Positions 1-12,520 are shown, counted from the stretch's first letter. The stretch is DNA of 39,689 nt from Octopus bimaculoides (GCF_001194135.2 NC_068987.1:108806449-108846137); one strand, 5' to 3'. Program-made: numbers and translations. The notes: generated by a model from the letters alone, not told the origin.

Positions 1-29
1 TATACATATATATAGATATAGATATATAG

Positions 30-70
<41 letters not shown>

Positions 71-71
71 G

Positions 72-540
72 TTCCAGATATTGTGATCATTTGTGCTGCA
101 TTAATTAAGTATTTGCGTTCTCTTCCCAAGAACCCAAATTCAGTTATACTTCGTTCCACATGGATTGGTATTTATCCTTTTGCTCCAATTGGTATGAAGC
201 TGAACGTTTATGTTTGGTACTGGATTTTCAGACTTCTTATCATTAATTCATAGACACCCTGTTTGTCTTAACATTTCTCACCACATTGATATGCAGAGGG
301 CAGATAATTTACACAACAGAGTATATATCTTTTCTCTTGTAGTTCTACGCAACAGTATCTGGTAGGTTGTGCTGTAACGTGGTGGTTGTATTGATTTTTA
401 ATTCCACCATATTCTGTAAGACTTTTCTTTTTTGCTATCCTGTACGCAGACTGTTCTGGCAACCATGCAATGCCTCATTGGAAGATAATATCTGGAAGAC
501 GTTCTCTCATAGTTGGCAATGATGTGGTTAATATCTTCAG
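72..540 (-). mobile_element. Degenerate 3' fragment of an RLE-type non-LTR retrotransposon (R4/NeSL-like): Zn-knuckle region plus restriction-like endonuclease
   Basis: Manual minus-strand translation across stops and frameshifts gives EDINHIIANYERTSSRYYLPMRH..., WWN..I.T...QHNLPD, ICPLHINV, FIPIGAKG and MITISGT. These match the order HI..C/RH, WW, HNxPD, CP, IPI.GA.G and SGT at the C-terminus of RLE LINEs. Confidence 0.7.
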
Positions 541-966
541 TTTTGGTCTTAAAAAGCCTGTGCATAAACAGTGCAGTTCATATGAAGATAGCTAGTGTAA
601 ATAAAGTAAAGAACTCAAAATACTGAACCAGAGTATGAATATGTTTTATCAAAATCAAGGAGGCAAACAAAATACATTTTGTTTCACCTGGGAGTAAAAC
701 GAAAGGAATCTAGCTGGACTCATTGTTGTTGATAAAACAGATGCACTCACACACGCACGTACACAAACAAAAAATGTATTTGATGTAAAGATGTAAATAT
801 CTGTATAATTTTAAAATGATGAGCCGGTGTTTCGAATAAAGATTTGTTACGCCCATGTGATATATGGAATGCCTTGTCCTTCACATCATCGAAAAACAAA
901 TGTAATGAATTAGTGAATGCTCTGTTGGAAAATCATAACAACGCTACTATTAACAAACAGCGAAGA

Positions 967-1020
967 TGATGAGGATGATGGTGATGATATATGATGATGA
1001 TGATGATGATGATGATGACG
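967..1020. repeat. (GAT)n-type trinucleotide microsatellite
   Basis: Direct reading; explains the Met/Asp-rich ORF 966..1175. Confidence 0.9.
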
Positions 1021-1223
1021 AGGAGGCGGTTGATCATGATAGTATTGACGAAGGTAGTGGTGATTTTGGCAATGGTGGCCGTGATGACCACGGTGAAGAT
1101 TTCAATGGGGCAAAAACCACAAATTTTCCTGATGACGTGTATTGCCGATTGAAATCGATTCTTAACTCATGTTAATAACTGGTATTTATTTGTTTCCGTT
1201 TTTGAAAGCACGAATAAAGAAAG

Positions 1224-1225
<2 letters not shown>

Positions 1226-1298
<73 letters not shown>

Positions 1299-1309
1299 GA
1301 AAGAGAGAG
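1226..1309. repeat. (GA)n microsatellite
   Basis: Direct reading. Confidence 0.95.
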
Positions 1310-2911
1310 CTTTCAGTATAAAATGAAGAAATAAAAAAGAAATGAAAATGTGAGCTGAACACGAGAGATGAGTTTATGAGGAATGAGAAAGAGGTAGGAA
1401 TAACCATTGTTTGCAATACCAGAGAGAAAGAGAGAGAGAGAGTTGGGGTTAAGCTACGTAAATGTTAATATGAGTGGGAGAAAGAGAGAGTGTGGAGGAG
1501 GAGAAAGGACGAGCGAAAAACAAACAAAGTAAACAAGTTTGAAATGTCGTTCAACGAAAGTGAAATTTTAATAAGAAATTACAAAGAAAAACTGATGAGA
1601 ATAGAAAAATGAACCAATAAAAAAAAACCAATATGTCTGACTTAGAGAAGAGATGGAAAAAATGTTGTTTGATCAAATTTGGAAATAGTGACATTTCAAT
1701 ATGGATTCTTTATTGGGTTAAATCTTGTACAATCATTGATGTTGTTAATGTTGGTGATGTTGTTGTTGTTATAGTTGTTGTTGTTAATGTTATTGTCGCT
1801 ATTATTGTTAATGTTACTTTACTGAAAGTTACTTTAATGGCGGAATTGCTACGCAATATATTTGCCGTTTGTATTTTTGTATGAATTATTATATATACAC
1901 GTATAAGTACACCTATGTACAAATGTATATATATATACATACATTCATTTCACGCTCACACGTAACATAAACCTTTCACTCCCACTACCGCACACACTCA
2001 CACTTACTTATACATAAATACATATGTACGTACAAACTTACAAAGATACATGCATATGTAAGTACATACGTGCAAACATACATGCCACAGATACTAGTAA
2101 GCAACACACAAACATATACACGCGCACATAAACATATACATACATGCGTACGCACACTGGTATAGCTATGAGTACCTCATCATACATTTACTCACAGATA
2201 CGTATATTGACATACATACACACATTCCCATACTGACACGCGCTCACACACACATTCATATATACTGATACATAACAACGCCTATAGTGTGTATGATTTA
2301 TATGTTAATGTAAAGAGCTTCTAAATGTGTGTTGTCAAATAGGTGGTTCTAAATAAGCGTACGTGTATGTATGATTATACATATATATATGTATATATAT
2401 ATATATATACCTATATATATATATAGGTATAATCGCGTGTGTGTGTGCGTGTGTGTGTGCACGTGAGTCTGATCATTTCTATGTGAGGAATGATGGAATA
2501 AATGCATTTGTGAATGTGAGCATGTGAGTGTATGACAGAGGGGGTGGGGGATAGAGTTGCAGAGGGAAAGAGTGAGAGAGAGAGAGAGAGAGAGAGAAGA
2601 TTGTTCCAGTGGCCTTGTCTCTGTGTCCGTTTGTGCTTCCATATAAGTGTGGGCATGAGAGTAAGCACATGTAGGTGCTGGTACGGCCATGTGTTTAGGA
2701 ATACACAGGCATCCATACTTCAATGTGTGTGTATGTATATGATGGAGTCAGTATGACGTTGTGCAATGTTATTGTTATGTACACGTATATATGCCTCTAT
2801 GTGTGTATATGTGCATATCAATGTTTGTTTGTGTATTTATATGTGTATGTATGTGTGTGACTATGATTGTATGTATATTTCTATCTTTCAACGAGTGTTT
2901 ATTTATGTATG

Positions 2912-3107
2912 CCATTTGACTGCAGCCATGCTGGAGCGCCGCCTTAAAGGATTTTAGTCGAAGGAATCGTACCCAGGAATTATTTTTTATAAGCCTAGAA
3001 TTTATCCTATCTGTATCTTATGACTAACCGCTAATTTACGGATACATAAACACACCAGCATCGTTTGTCAAGCAATGGTAGGGACATACCCACACACAAA
3101 CATAAAC

Positions 3108-3150
<43 letters not shown>

Positions 3151-3450
3151 NNNNNNNNNNNNNNNNNNNNNNNNNNNNNNNNNNNNNNNNNNNNNNNNNN
3201 NNNNNNNNNNNNNNNNNNNNNNNNNNNNNNNNNNNNNNNNNNNNNNNNNNNNNNNNNNNNNNNNNNNNNNNNNNNNNNNNNNNNNNNNNNNNNNNNNNNN
3301 NNNNATATATATATATATATACGACGGACGTCTTTCAGTTTCCGTCTACCAAATCCACTCACAAAGCTTCGGTTGGCCCGAGGCTATAGGAGAAAACTGA
3401 ACCCGGAACCATGTGGTTGGGAAGCAAGCTTCCTACCACATAGCCATGTC
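2912..3450 (-). mobile_element. tRNA-headed SINE, family B (composite with internal (TA)n), interrupted by an N gap
   Basis: Shares catttgactgcagccatgctggagc...gcc, cagtttccgtctaccaaatccactcacaa and ctgaacccggaaccatgtggttgg with the copies at 21470, 22600 and 23780. Confidence 0.85.
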
Positions 3451-3637
3451 TGTGTAAACGTGTGTTTGTTCCAGAGTGTGTATGTGTGTCGAGATGCAAC
3501 CAGTAGTGGAAGCATTTTAGACGTTAAGTAGAACCAGACTCCGTCTTTAGTGTGGAGGGATACTTGTCACGCGAGAAACGGTTGTATGATTAAATATGGA
3601 GTTTCAGCTTAAATAATCTGATCTAAAGTCGATCTTC

Positions 3638-3684
3638 GTTATTAATGAAAGAAATGCGGGGTTCGCATTTCTTTCATTAATAAC
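3638..3684. other. Perfect 21-bp inverted repeat (hairpin) with a 5-nt loop
   Basis: gttattaatgaaagaaatgcg (3638-3658), loop gggtt, cgcatttctttcattaataac (3664-3684) is the exact reverse complement. Confidence 0.95.
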
Positions 3685-4148
3685 AGAGACCTGAAAGTAA
3701 CTACACATGCTTGTATATGCTTCTCCATGCTACGGATACGTTACTTTCCTGAAAATCATGCTACGGGGTGACATTCCTGAATGTAAGACCAGTTTCACAG
3801 TGATCTCCTTGTAACGCGGAAGCCAAATAGAAAGAAGATTAAAGAAATTAATATACGCTATGCATTGCATTATGAAATTCCATGCTATACTAAGTTTTCA
3901 AGAAACGCAAACTTCCGGAAAGCGCGGCATGCAAGTAGTTTTGATTTGTGCAATTATTTACCTCCAAGTGAGTCCTGATAAAGCAGCTAGATTAATGATC
4001 GAGGTCCATTCTAGCAGTGACCTATTCTAGAATAATGTACCAAGGTCAACGTTATCCAATGTATCTTTTATACGACACTGCAAGGTAGTAGTTCATAAAC
4101 AGTGCAGCTAACGTAATATCTAGGTGTATATTAAAGGGTATATATTTT

Positions 4149-4438
4149 GAAGGTCACTTCGGTCTCTCATAAGCTCTGGGACTTATTAAAATCTTCCCTT
4201 TTAAAAACGAAGTCTTAGCCATTTCTATTTCTAAAAGGTCTATTGATTATGATGTGACTCTTTAAATAGGTCGATATTTGTATGGTTGTTGAAGGTAACT
4301 TAGGTTTCTCATAAGCTCTAGGACTCAATACAATGTTCCCTTTTAAAACAAGGTCTCAATCAGACCACATTTCTCTTTCAACAAGGTCTAGCGATTATGA
4401 CGTGGCTTTTTGAATAGGTCGATATTTTTATGGTTGCT
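4149..4438. repeat. Diverged tandem duplication, 2 x ~142-148 bp
   Basis: Units start gaaggtcacttcggtctctcataagctctgggact (4149) and gaaggtaacttaggtttctcataagctctaggact (4291); both end aataggtcgatattt.tatggttg. Confidence 0.9.
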
Positions 4439-4697
4439 GTTGTTGCTGTTGCTGACACAGCTGCAGCCGCTGTTGTTTCTGTTGTTGTTCAGCTCCTCGT
4501 CAGCTTTGATCAAATCCACTATAGCCATGTCTACGAGGTCACAGTTTTCATTTTTTAAAGCCGAGAAACGTGGTAGGATGTAATTGAGGGATATTCAGGT
4601 GCGATTTCTAAAAGGTTAGGTAACCATATAAGGTTTGACATTCACTCCAGTGTTGTTTTGCTGTTGTCAGTCAAACCGACGATGTGTTTCTTTTCTC

Positions 4698-5118
4698 TGC
4701 TGCTGCTGCTGCGGCGGTGGTGGCGGGAGCGGTGGCAGCGGCGGCAGCGGTGGCGGGGGGTAGCGGCGGCAGCGGCGGTGGCGGCGGCGGTGNNNNNNNN
4801 NNNNNNNNNNNNNNNNNNNNNNNNNNNNNNNNNNNNNNNNNNNNNNNNNNNNNNNNNNNNNNNNNNNNNNNNNNNNNNNNNNNNNNNNNNNNNNNNNNNN
4901 NNNNNNNNNNNNNNNNNNNNNNNNNNNNNNNNNNNNNNNNNNNNNNNNNNNNNNNNNNNNNNNNNNNNNNNNNNNNNNNNNNNNNNNNNNNNNNNNNNNN
5001 NNNNNNNNNNNGCGGTGGCGTTAGCGGTGGCGTTAGCGGTGGCATTAGCGGTGGCGTTAGCGGTGGCGGTGGCGGCGGTGGTGACGGTGGTGGTGGTGGC
5101 GGCGGCGGCGGTGGTGGT
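4698..5118. repeat. GC-rich (GCT/GGC/GGT)n compound repeat with a 12-bp unit GCGGTGGCGTTA repeated about 4 times; spans an N gap
   Basis: Direct reading; 12-mer array at about 5012-5062. Confidence 0.85.
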
Positions 5119-5469
5119 TTGCATGTTTGGCTGCTAGAAATTTAATCCAGTTTCTACGGAAGAATGTTGCTTGCCGCAATCATAATTGACTTATTTCTTT
5201 ACAAGATCTTCGAGTTGACAGAGAAGTCGGGTACAATTTTATGCAGTATTTGTTACAACCAACTGCGTTCTGAGTTCAAATGATAAGAAACTCAAATTTG
5301 ACAGAGAAGATTAACTTTGACAAGGAAGTGAACTTTACATCTTTCCAGAGTCAACAACTGAGGCAATGGGGTCTACTTGTTTTTCCTGGGATTAGTTGTT
5401 TTTCTCTGAGAAATGTCGTGGGAAATCACTCACCCTACTTCATCTTTCTATACATAGAAAAATGCGAAT

Positions 5470-5626
5470 GCATGGCTGTATGGTTAAGAAGCTCGCTTTG
5501 CAACTTAGTGGTTTCGGGTTCGATCCAACTCCGCGTCAAATAGGGCAAATGCCTTCTGCAACAGTCCCGGGCTGAGTAAAGACTTCTGAGTAAATTTTGT
5601 AGATAGAAAATGTGTGGAGGGTCATC
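5470..5626 (+). mobile_element. Diverged SINE family B 5' part (tRNA-derived head)
   Basis: Box A-like TGGCTGTATGG and box B-like GGTTCGATCC, followed by gggcaaatgccttct...gtgagt-like body matching the reverse complement of the family B copies. Confidence 0.7.
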
Positions 5627-5644
5627 ACACACATACACACACAC

Positions 5645-5693
<49 letters not shown>

Positions 5694-5821
5694 TATATGT
5701 GTGCGTGTGAGTGTGTGAGTGTGTGTGAGTGTGTGCGTGAGTGAGTGTGTGTATGAGTGCGTGGTGTGTGTTCGTGAGTGAGTGTGTGTGTGTGTATGTA
5801 GATAGATAGATAGACATATAC

Positions 5822-5852
<31 letters not shown>

Positions 5853-6416
5853 NNNNNNNNNNNNNNNNNNNNNNNNNNNNNNNNNNNNNNNNNNNNNNNN
5901 NNNNNNNNNNNNNNNNNNNNNNNNNNNNNNNNNNNNNNNNNNNNNNNNNNNNNNNNNNNNNNNNNNNNNNNNNNNNNNNNNNNNNNNNNNNNNNNNNNNN
6001 NNNNNNNNNNNNNNNNNNNNNNNNNNNNNNNNNNNNNNNNNNNNNNNNNNNNNNNNNNNNNNNNNNNNNNNNNNNNNNNNNNNNNNNNNNNNNNNNNNNN
6101 NNNNNNNNNNNNNNNNNNNNNNNNNNNNNNNNNNNNNNNNNNNNNNNNNNNNNNNNNNNNNNNNNNNNNNNNNNNNNNNNNNNNNNNNNNNNNNNNNNNN
6201 NNNNNNNNNNNNNNNNNNNNNNNNNNNNNNNNNNNNNNNNNNNNNNNNNNNNNNNNNNNNNNNNNNNNNNNNNNNNNNNNNNNNNNNNNNNNNNNNNNNN
6301 NNNNNNNNNNNNNNNNNNNNNNNNNNNNNNNNNNNNNNNNNNNNNNNNNNNNNTATATATATATATATATAGATATATATAGATATATATAGATATATAT
6401 ATATATATATACATAC

Positions 6417-6461
<45 letters not shown>

Positions 6462-6763
6462 GAAGTGACGTCGATTTGTACACATACACACTTTAAAGAA
6501 CTTCGCCAGCATGGCCGCAGTTTAATGACGGACTAGAAAGAATTCAACCTACAAGGTTGAGTGTGGTGTTTCTCCGGTGGCATTTCTTCTTACTATATGT
6601 TCTGAGATCAAATTAAGCCCTAGTAGAATTTTCCCTTCATACTTTCGTGTTGGATAATATAAACACCAGTTGGGTACTGTCTGAATATTTTTTTATCATA
6701 CCTAATGTGCCCAATATGATTGGAATTCTTTCTGTTTTTAGACTCCACATTCGGTTACCTCGC

Positions 6764-6764
<1 letters not shown>

Positions 6765-6853
<89 letters not shown>
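6765..6853. repeat. (TTA)n microsatellite; probable tail of the adjacent element
   Basis: Direct reading; explains the poly-Tyr ORF. Confidence 0.95.
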
Positions 6854-6855
<2 letters not shown>

Positions 6856-7410
6856 GGTGAGAAAACAGTATATGCCATCAAAGTGACACTGGGGTCAAAT
6901 ATACGAAGCCCAGTATAATCCTCTTGACTACCCGTCTGATAAGGGTATACCAGACATATGCATCACAACCATATGAGCGCGATATGGTGATCTCATATCA
7001 AGATAAACAGCGCATGACCTTGCAGGTGGGGCCCAGTTAGAATTTTCTACAGGTCGAGTAGCCCATCCCGCTCGAAAGGTCCCTGAACAAGCGTTGTTTA
7101 AGGATGTTGAACGACACACCCACGTTTCCAGAAGTGAATTATCCAAACCCCAAAGATTTCGTTTTAACACATGGTTATGATGCTCCCCCACTGCTTCTAC
7201 TTGTGATCAGAGATTCACATATCGTCAGCCACTAAAGGACATGTTCAACTGGTTTAGGTGAAGCAACTGACAAGCAAATCTGTGGTATTAAGCAGAATAT
7301 TTGCTGTAGACCATTTTTTATTGCAAGACAAGACAATGTACATGATAGCACTTCCAATCAGTTAAGATCAGAAGCCATCAGAGCCACTACCTGGTACTGC
7401 ATCCGGGTAT
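6854..7410 (-). mobile_element. ~560-bp non-coding interspersed element ending in (TAA)n on the minus strand
   Basis: Complex sequence island between (TTA)n and ttattatt; no convincing ORF or tRNA boxes. It resembles a common octopus repeat from recall, but there is only one copy in this window. Confidence 0.5.
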
Positions 7411-7467
7411 TTTTTATTATTATCATTGACATTATCATTATTAATAAAAATCATACTAATTATCAAC

Positions 7468-7504
7468 AATAATGAGGAGGAGGATAATAATAATAATAAT
7501 AATA

Positions 7505-7535
<31 letters not shown>

Positions 7536-7647
7536 TAGTAATAATAATAATAATAATAATAATGATAATAATAATAGTAATAATAATAATAATAATAATA
7601 ATGATAATAATAATATTAATAATAATAATAATAATAATATTAATAAT
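7468..7647. repeat. (AAT)n microsatellite, 5' flank of the Dong-like insertion
   Basis: Direct reading. Confidence 0.95.
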
Positions 7648-7810
7648 GGGACCTATATACACTGGAAGCTATGCCAACATTATGGAATAGCAACAGAAAA
7701 AAGATGGTATAAACACACGCCAGAAAAGGTCACAGAAAACGAGAAAGCAACCATACTCTGGGATATGCCAATACACACAGATAGAGAAATTAAGGCAAAT
7801 AGACCAGATA
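7648..7810 (+). mobile_element. 5'-truncated R4/Dong-like non-LTR retrotransposon, C-terminal region running into an N gap
   Basis: Stop-free GTYIHWKLCQHYGIATEKRWYKHTPEKVTENEKATILWDMPIHTDREIKANRPD, typical of the R4-clade segment leading into the RLE PD motif. Confidence 0.88.
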
Positions 7811-8652
7811 NNNNNNNNNNNNNNNNNNNNNNNNNNNNNNNNNNNNNNNNNNNNNNNNNNNNNNNNNNNNNNNNNNNNNNNNNNNNNNNNNNNNNNNNNN
7901 NNNNNNNNNNNNNNNNNNNNNNNNNNNNNNNNNNNNNNNNNNNNNNNNNNNNNNNNNNNNNNNNNNNNNNNNNNNNNNNNNNNNNNNNNNNNNNNNNNNN
8001 NNNNNNNNNNNNNNNNNNNNNNNNNNNNNNNNNNNNNNNNNNNNNNNNNNNNNNNNNNNNNNNNNNNNNNNNNNNNNNNNNNNNNNNNNNNNNNNNNNNN
8101 NNNNNNNNNNNNNNNNNNNNNNNNNNNNNNNNNNNNNNNNNNNNNNNNNNNNNNNNNNNNNNNNNNNNNNNNNNNNNNNNNNNNNNNNNNNNNNNNNNNN
8201 NNNNNNNNNNNNNNNNNNNNNNNNNNNNNNNNNNNNNNNNNNNNNNNNNNNNNNNNNNNNNNNNNNNNNNNNNNNNNNNNNNNNNNNNNNNNNNNNNNNN
8301 NNNNNNNNNNNNNNNNNNNNNNNNNNNNNNNNNNNNNNNNNNNNNNNNNNNNNNNNNNNNNNNNNNNNNNNNNNNNNNNNNNNNNNNNNNNNNNNNNNNN
8401 NNNNNNNNNNNNNNNNNNNNNNNNNNNNNNNNNNNNNNNNNNNNNNNNNNNNNNNNNNNNNNNNNNNNNNNNNNNNNNNNNNNNNNNNNNNNNNNNNNNN
8501 NNNNNNNNNNNNNNNNNNNNNNNNNNNNNNNNNNNNNNNNNNNNNNNNNNNNNNNNNNNNNNNNNNNNNNNNNNNNNNNNNNNNNNNNNNNNNNNNNNNN
8601 NNNNNNNNNNNNNNNNNNNNNNNNNNNNNNNNNNNNNNNNNNNNNNNNNNNN
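7811..8652. other. Largest assembly gap (842 N). Other gaps: 3151-3304, 4793-5011, 5854-6353, 16773-17105, 20339-20536, 36968-37137, 38721-39290
   Basis: Direct reading; nearly all gaps abut microsatellites or repeats. Confidence 0.95.
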
Positions 8653-8994
<342 letters not shown>

Positions 8995-9705
8995 CTGTTT
9001 GCTATAATTGTTTTCCATTATTAACCAAAAAAGCAATTACTATAATTTTCCCAATTTTTCTTTCTTCTCCCACTTTCTTCCTATCTCTGTCTCGCAACCC
9101 ACTTCTTTTTGCCTCTCTCTTTCTCCCCCTGTATCTCTCCCTCTCTCTATTACTCTTTCTATTGCCCTCTCTCTTTCTCATCCTCTCTCTGAGCTCCTCT
9201 TTGTTACGTAATCACTCTTATGAGCTCATCTGTAGTTTTTCATACGTTTTGTTTCTGTCATGTTTTACTATACTGCGTTCAATATTGATTGATTTATCGT
9301 TTTACACATTGATCTTCAATGTTTTCAATAATCTCTTTATTCTCTCATCCCACCACACATGCGCACGCAATCCACACACTCAATCCACGTGTACACATGC
9401 GCACATATGCACTCTGTGTCTACCTCTCTCTCTCTCTCTCTCTCTCATTTTATTTTCCTCTGGTTTTTCCTCTCTATCTATATTCAAATCTATTCCAAAT
9501 TATTGAAATCCGACTGCTTCTGTTGTTGCTGATGTAACTATTGATATTCGCCCGCGTATTTTGCCATATACAAATACATACATCAACAGACACACACGCA
9601 TGTGTATATATACATGTGTATGTATTATATAAATATATGCGTACATATCTCTATATGTTTATATCTGTACATACCTACCTATATCTATCTATATATGTAT
9701 ATATA

Positions 9706-9793
<88 letters not shown>

Positions 9794-10061
9794 GAGAGAG
9801 AGGGAGAGAGAGAGAGATATGTATGTATGTATATATGTGTACATACATAAATCGGCATATATGAAATATGTGTACCATTGATAAATGTGTAGTTATTTAT
9901 TTCAAAGCTTTAGCCATGAAGATTGCGGCTGATGTGAAAACATTGTATAATTTCATTGCATATATCATACTGTAATGATGAACCCATGTGAGGAGAACAG
10001 TAGTACTCAGTTGCAGTCGATTATATGACGTTTTATGTGCGTGTATGCGTGTGAGTGTATC

Positions 10062-10113
<52 letters not shown>

Positions 10114-10149
10114 ATGCACATAACCGTTTATCTACGATTATGCTGAGAT

Positions 10150-10460
10150 CCACCTGATAGAAAGGACTCGAGAGGTCTGTATGTCCTGACCACTTTAAGC
10201 ATGACGAACTCACCCGTCGAGAACCACGTATGAGCATTCAGCTTTTGCCGAACGACCTGCACAAATGATTTGTTTATACTGGTCAAATGTTTGTGTCACA
10301 CATTAGCTCTCTCAAATCGGCGTTATCTGAACAGAGTTACAGTATACCAGGCATCAGGTGTCGAATTGATCCCAGACATGTGTTTTGCTCAAGAACACAA
10401 TGCACCACCCGGTCTAGTAATTGAAACCACGATATCGCGATCGTGAGTGTAACACGCTTA
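10150..10460 (-). mobile_element. Old tRNA-headed SINE, family C
   Basis: tgttttgctcaagaacacaatgca...attgaaaccacgatatcgcgatcgtgagtg matches 24984-25080 and the reverse complement of 14745-14840. Confidence 0.65.
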
Positions 10461-11065
10461 TATGACTTCAAGTATATAATACAATAATTTCAAAATTGTG
10501 TAAAAGTTGTTTTCGTTATGAAGATGAACGTTCAGTAGAATTTTGCATCAACATCGATGTTAAACAAGTCTATATTCTGGATCCCATCAGGTTTGCTATG
10601 CGTAAATGATAATCAGCGAGCGAAAATCCAGGCATGGAATTGCCGTTCCATACAGATATAGCAATGCATTTTTCAACCTACGACAACTGGAATGAATTTT
10701 TAAAATCCATCACTTCAGACTATGGTCTGTTAGCAACAATATGACACCGATAACGCTGAGTCAGCTGCAACTGAACTCTATAAACAAAACTACTTAGATT
10801 TTTTTTTCGCGCTTAACTATCTGCATAAGAAAGACGAGGATCACAGGTCAGTATCCTTCAGAACATAAAGCGCGAGAGGGAGAGAGAGAGTGAGAGCTGT
10901 TCAAATAACTCTATTCCTGGTGAAATACTTTCATCCTTCAGCTACCTCGCCAGCAAATTGTTGAACCCCTATTCTCACGAAGATAACATTAACGGCCTAC
11001 CACTTTTTTCCCCTCCAAGATCTTTTTTGATCTGATACTTAGACGCTATTATTTATGCGATGTAA

Positions 11066-11700
11066 GGCGGTGAGCTGGCAGAAACGTTAGCACGCCGGGC
11101 GAAATGCTTAGCGCTATTTCGTCTCTCTTTACGTTCTGAGATGAAATTCTTTCATCCTTTCGGGGTTGATAAATTAAGTACCTGTTGCATACTGGGGACG
11201 ATCTAATCGACTGGCCCCCTCCACCCCTAAAATTTTGGGCCTTGTGCCTAGAGTAGAAAAGATTATTTATGCAATGTTCTGGGAGAAACCTTACACGTCC
11301 GGGCAAAATGTTTAGTATTTCGTTTGTCTTTACATTCTGCGTTCAAATTCCACATAGGTCACCTTCATCCTTTATCCTTTCGGGATAAAATAAATACCAT
11401 TTGCGCATTGGGATTGATGTAATCGATTTGTCCCGTCCCCACAAAATCAGGCCTTGTGCTCATAATAGAAAGAATTATTTATGCGGTGTATTGGGATAAT
11501 CGTTTTCGCACCGGACAAAATGCTCAATAGCATTTCGTTCGCCTTTACATCCTGCATTCAAATTCTACCAGGGTAGACTTTGACTTTTATCCCTTCGGGG
11601 CTGATAAAATAAGTAGCAGCTGAGCACTGGGGTCAGAGTACTCAACATACAGCCCAAACCCCAAACCTTCAAGCCTTGTGTCAATAGAAGAAATGATTAT
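11066..11700 (+). mobile_element. Three head-to-tail copies of SINE family A (~11066-11266, ~11270-11478, ~11482-11698)
   Basis: Each unit has ccgggc/gaaaatgct, atttcgt, ttcaaattc, atcc.ttcgggg, actggg and gccttgtg...tagaaaagattatt. Confidence 0.85.
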
Positions 11701-12029
11701 GGCTTTACCTACGAATTATTTCATGTTCTCTCGAAGCTTCTAAACGTCTTACTACGTAATTCCTCGGTTATAGTTAATCGAACTCGAAACAATGAAAGGC
11801 ATGGTAATCCTCGGTGGAATTTGAACTGACAAAGGAGAGAAACGAAGCGAGAGTTGTTAAATCAATTTTTCTAACGTCTCTGCATGTTAATATCTGATAT
11901 GAAGGACGTGCGAGTCTGTAATCCAGAGCGGTGTATATTAGAGTGAGTATGAATGTATCAGCTGTATCAGGTTCTTTCTCTATATATGTCAGTATGACAA
12001 AGGTTTGGGCTACCATTCAAAAAGTAAAT

Positions 12030-12520
12030 TTTTAACAATGGTTATCTGAGACACAGAACGAGGGATATGACGTGTCGAGCAGCTGTGTTCCCTCCGTTGC
12101 CAGATGGCTGCGAAAATTGGACAAAATACCAGCATTCAACTATGTCGCCTTGAGAGATTTCATCGAGCACAATTGCGATCTATCTTGACACTGAGATAGG
12201 GTGAGTTTATTACAAAGAACGATGTAGTCGCAAAACAAAACAAAATGAATAAATAAATACCACCAGATTCCACAACACTCATTGAAAAAAAAATATTAAC
12301 TCTGATGGTTAATGCGTTTCAAAAGTATATCGCATACAAAAGAAAGCAAACAAATATTGCACTTCTGAACTTAGAGGAGGACATCACCCAAGAGATGCAC
12401 CTCAGAAACGTATTTGTGACTTGATAAAGATCATGGCCTCCTTCAACGTCAAATGCATCAATCAGGAAGTTAACGCTGAACACCGGAAGAGTAGAAGGCA
12501 GACATGCAGTAATGGAGGTG
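12030..12520 (+). mobile_element. Degenerate RTE (BovB-like) LINE, C-terminal RT region
   Basis: Frameshifted translation gives CRAAVFPPLPDGCENWT (cf. YRAVVL..LLYGCETWT), ERFHRAQLRSIL, KQIL.SELRGG..PRDAPQKR and AEHRKSRRQT. Confidence 0.75.

Noticed and set aside
268-462. Cys-rich 64-aa ORF
   Set aside because: Off-frame reading of the decayed RLE retrotransposon.
1122-1165. CTGATGA...GAAATCGATT, hammerhead-like with a palindrome
   Set aside because: No helix II and no helix I complementarity.
966-1175. Asp/Gly-rich ORF, plus the many His-Thr, Tyr-Ile, Val-Cys, poly-Asn, poly-Ile and poly-X ORFs across the window
   Set aside because: These are translations of microsatellites and N gaps.
7010-7090. 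Possible HDV-like ribozyme or U2/U1 snRNA-like patches in the 560-bp element
   Set aside because: P1.1, P3 and J4/2 do not fall in the required order, and the snRNA similarity is limited to short patches.
10755-10765. AP-1/MARE-like palindrome GCTGAGTCAGC
   Set aside because: A short motif expected by chance in 40 kb, with no supporting context.
12195-12210. Consensus splice donor AG|GGTGAGT
   Set aside because: It lies within the RTE remnant, and the upstream frames stop or match RTE.
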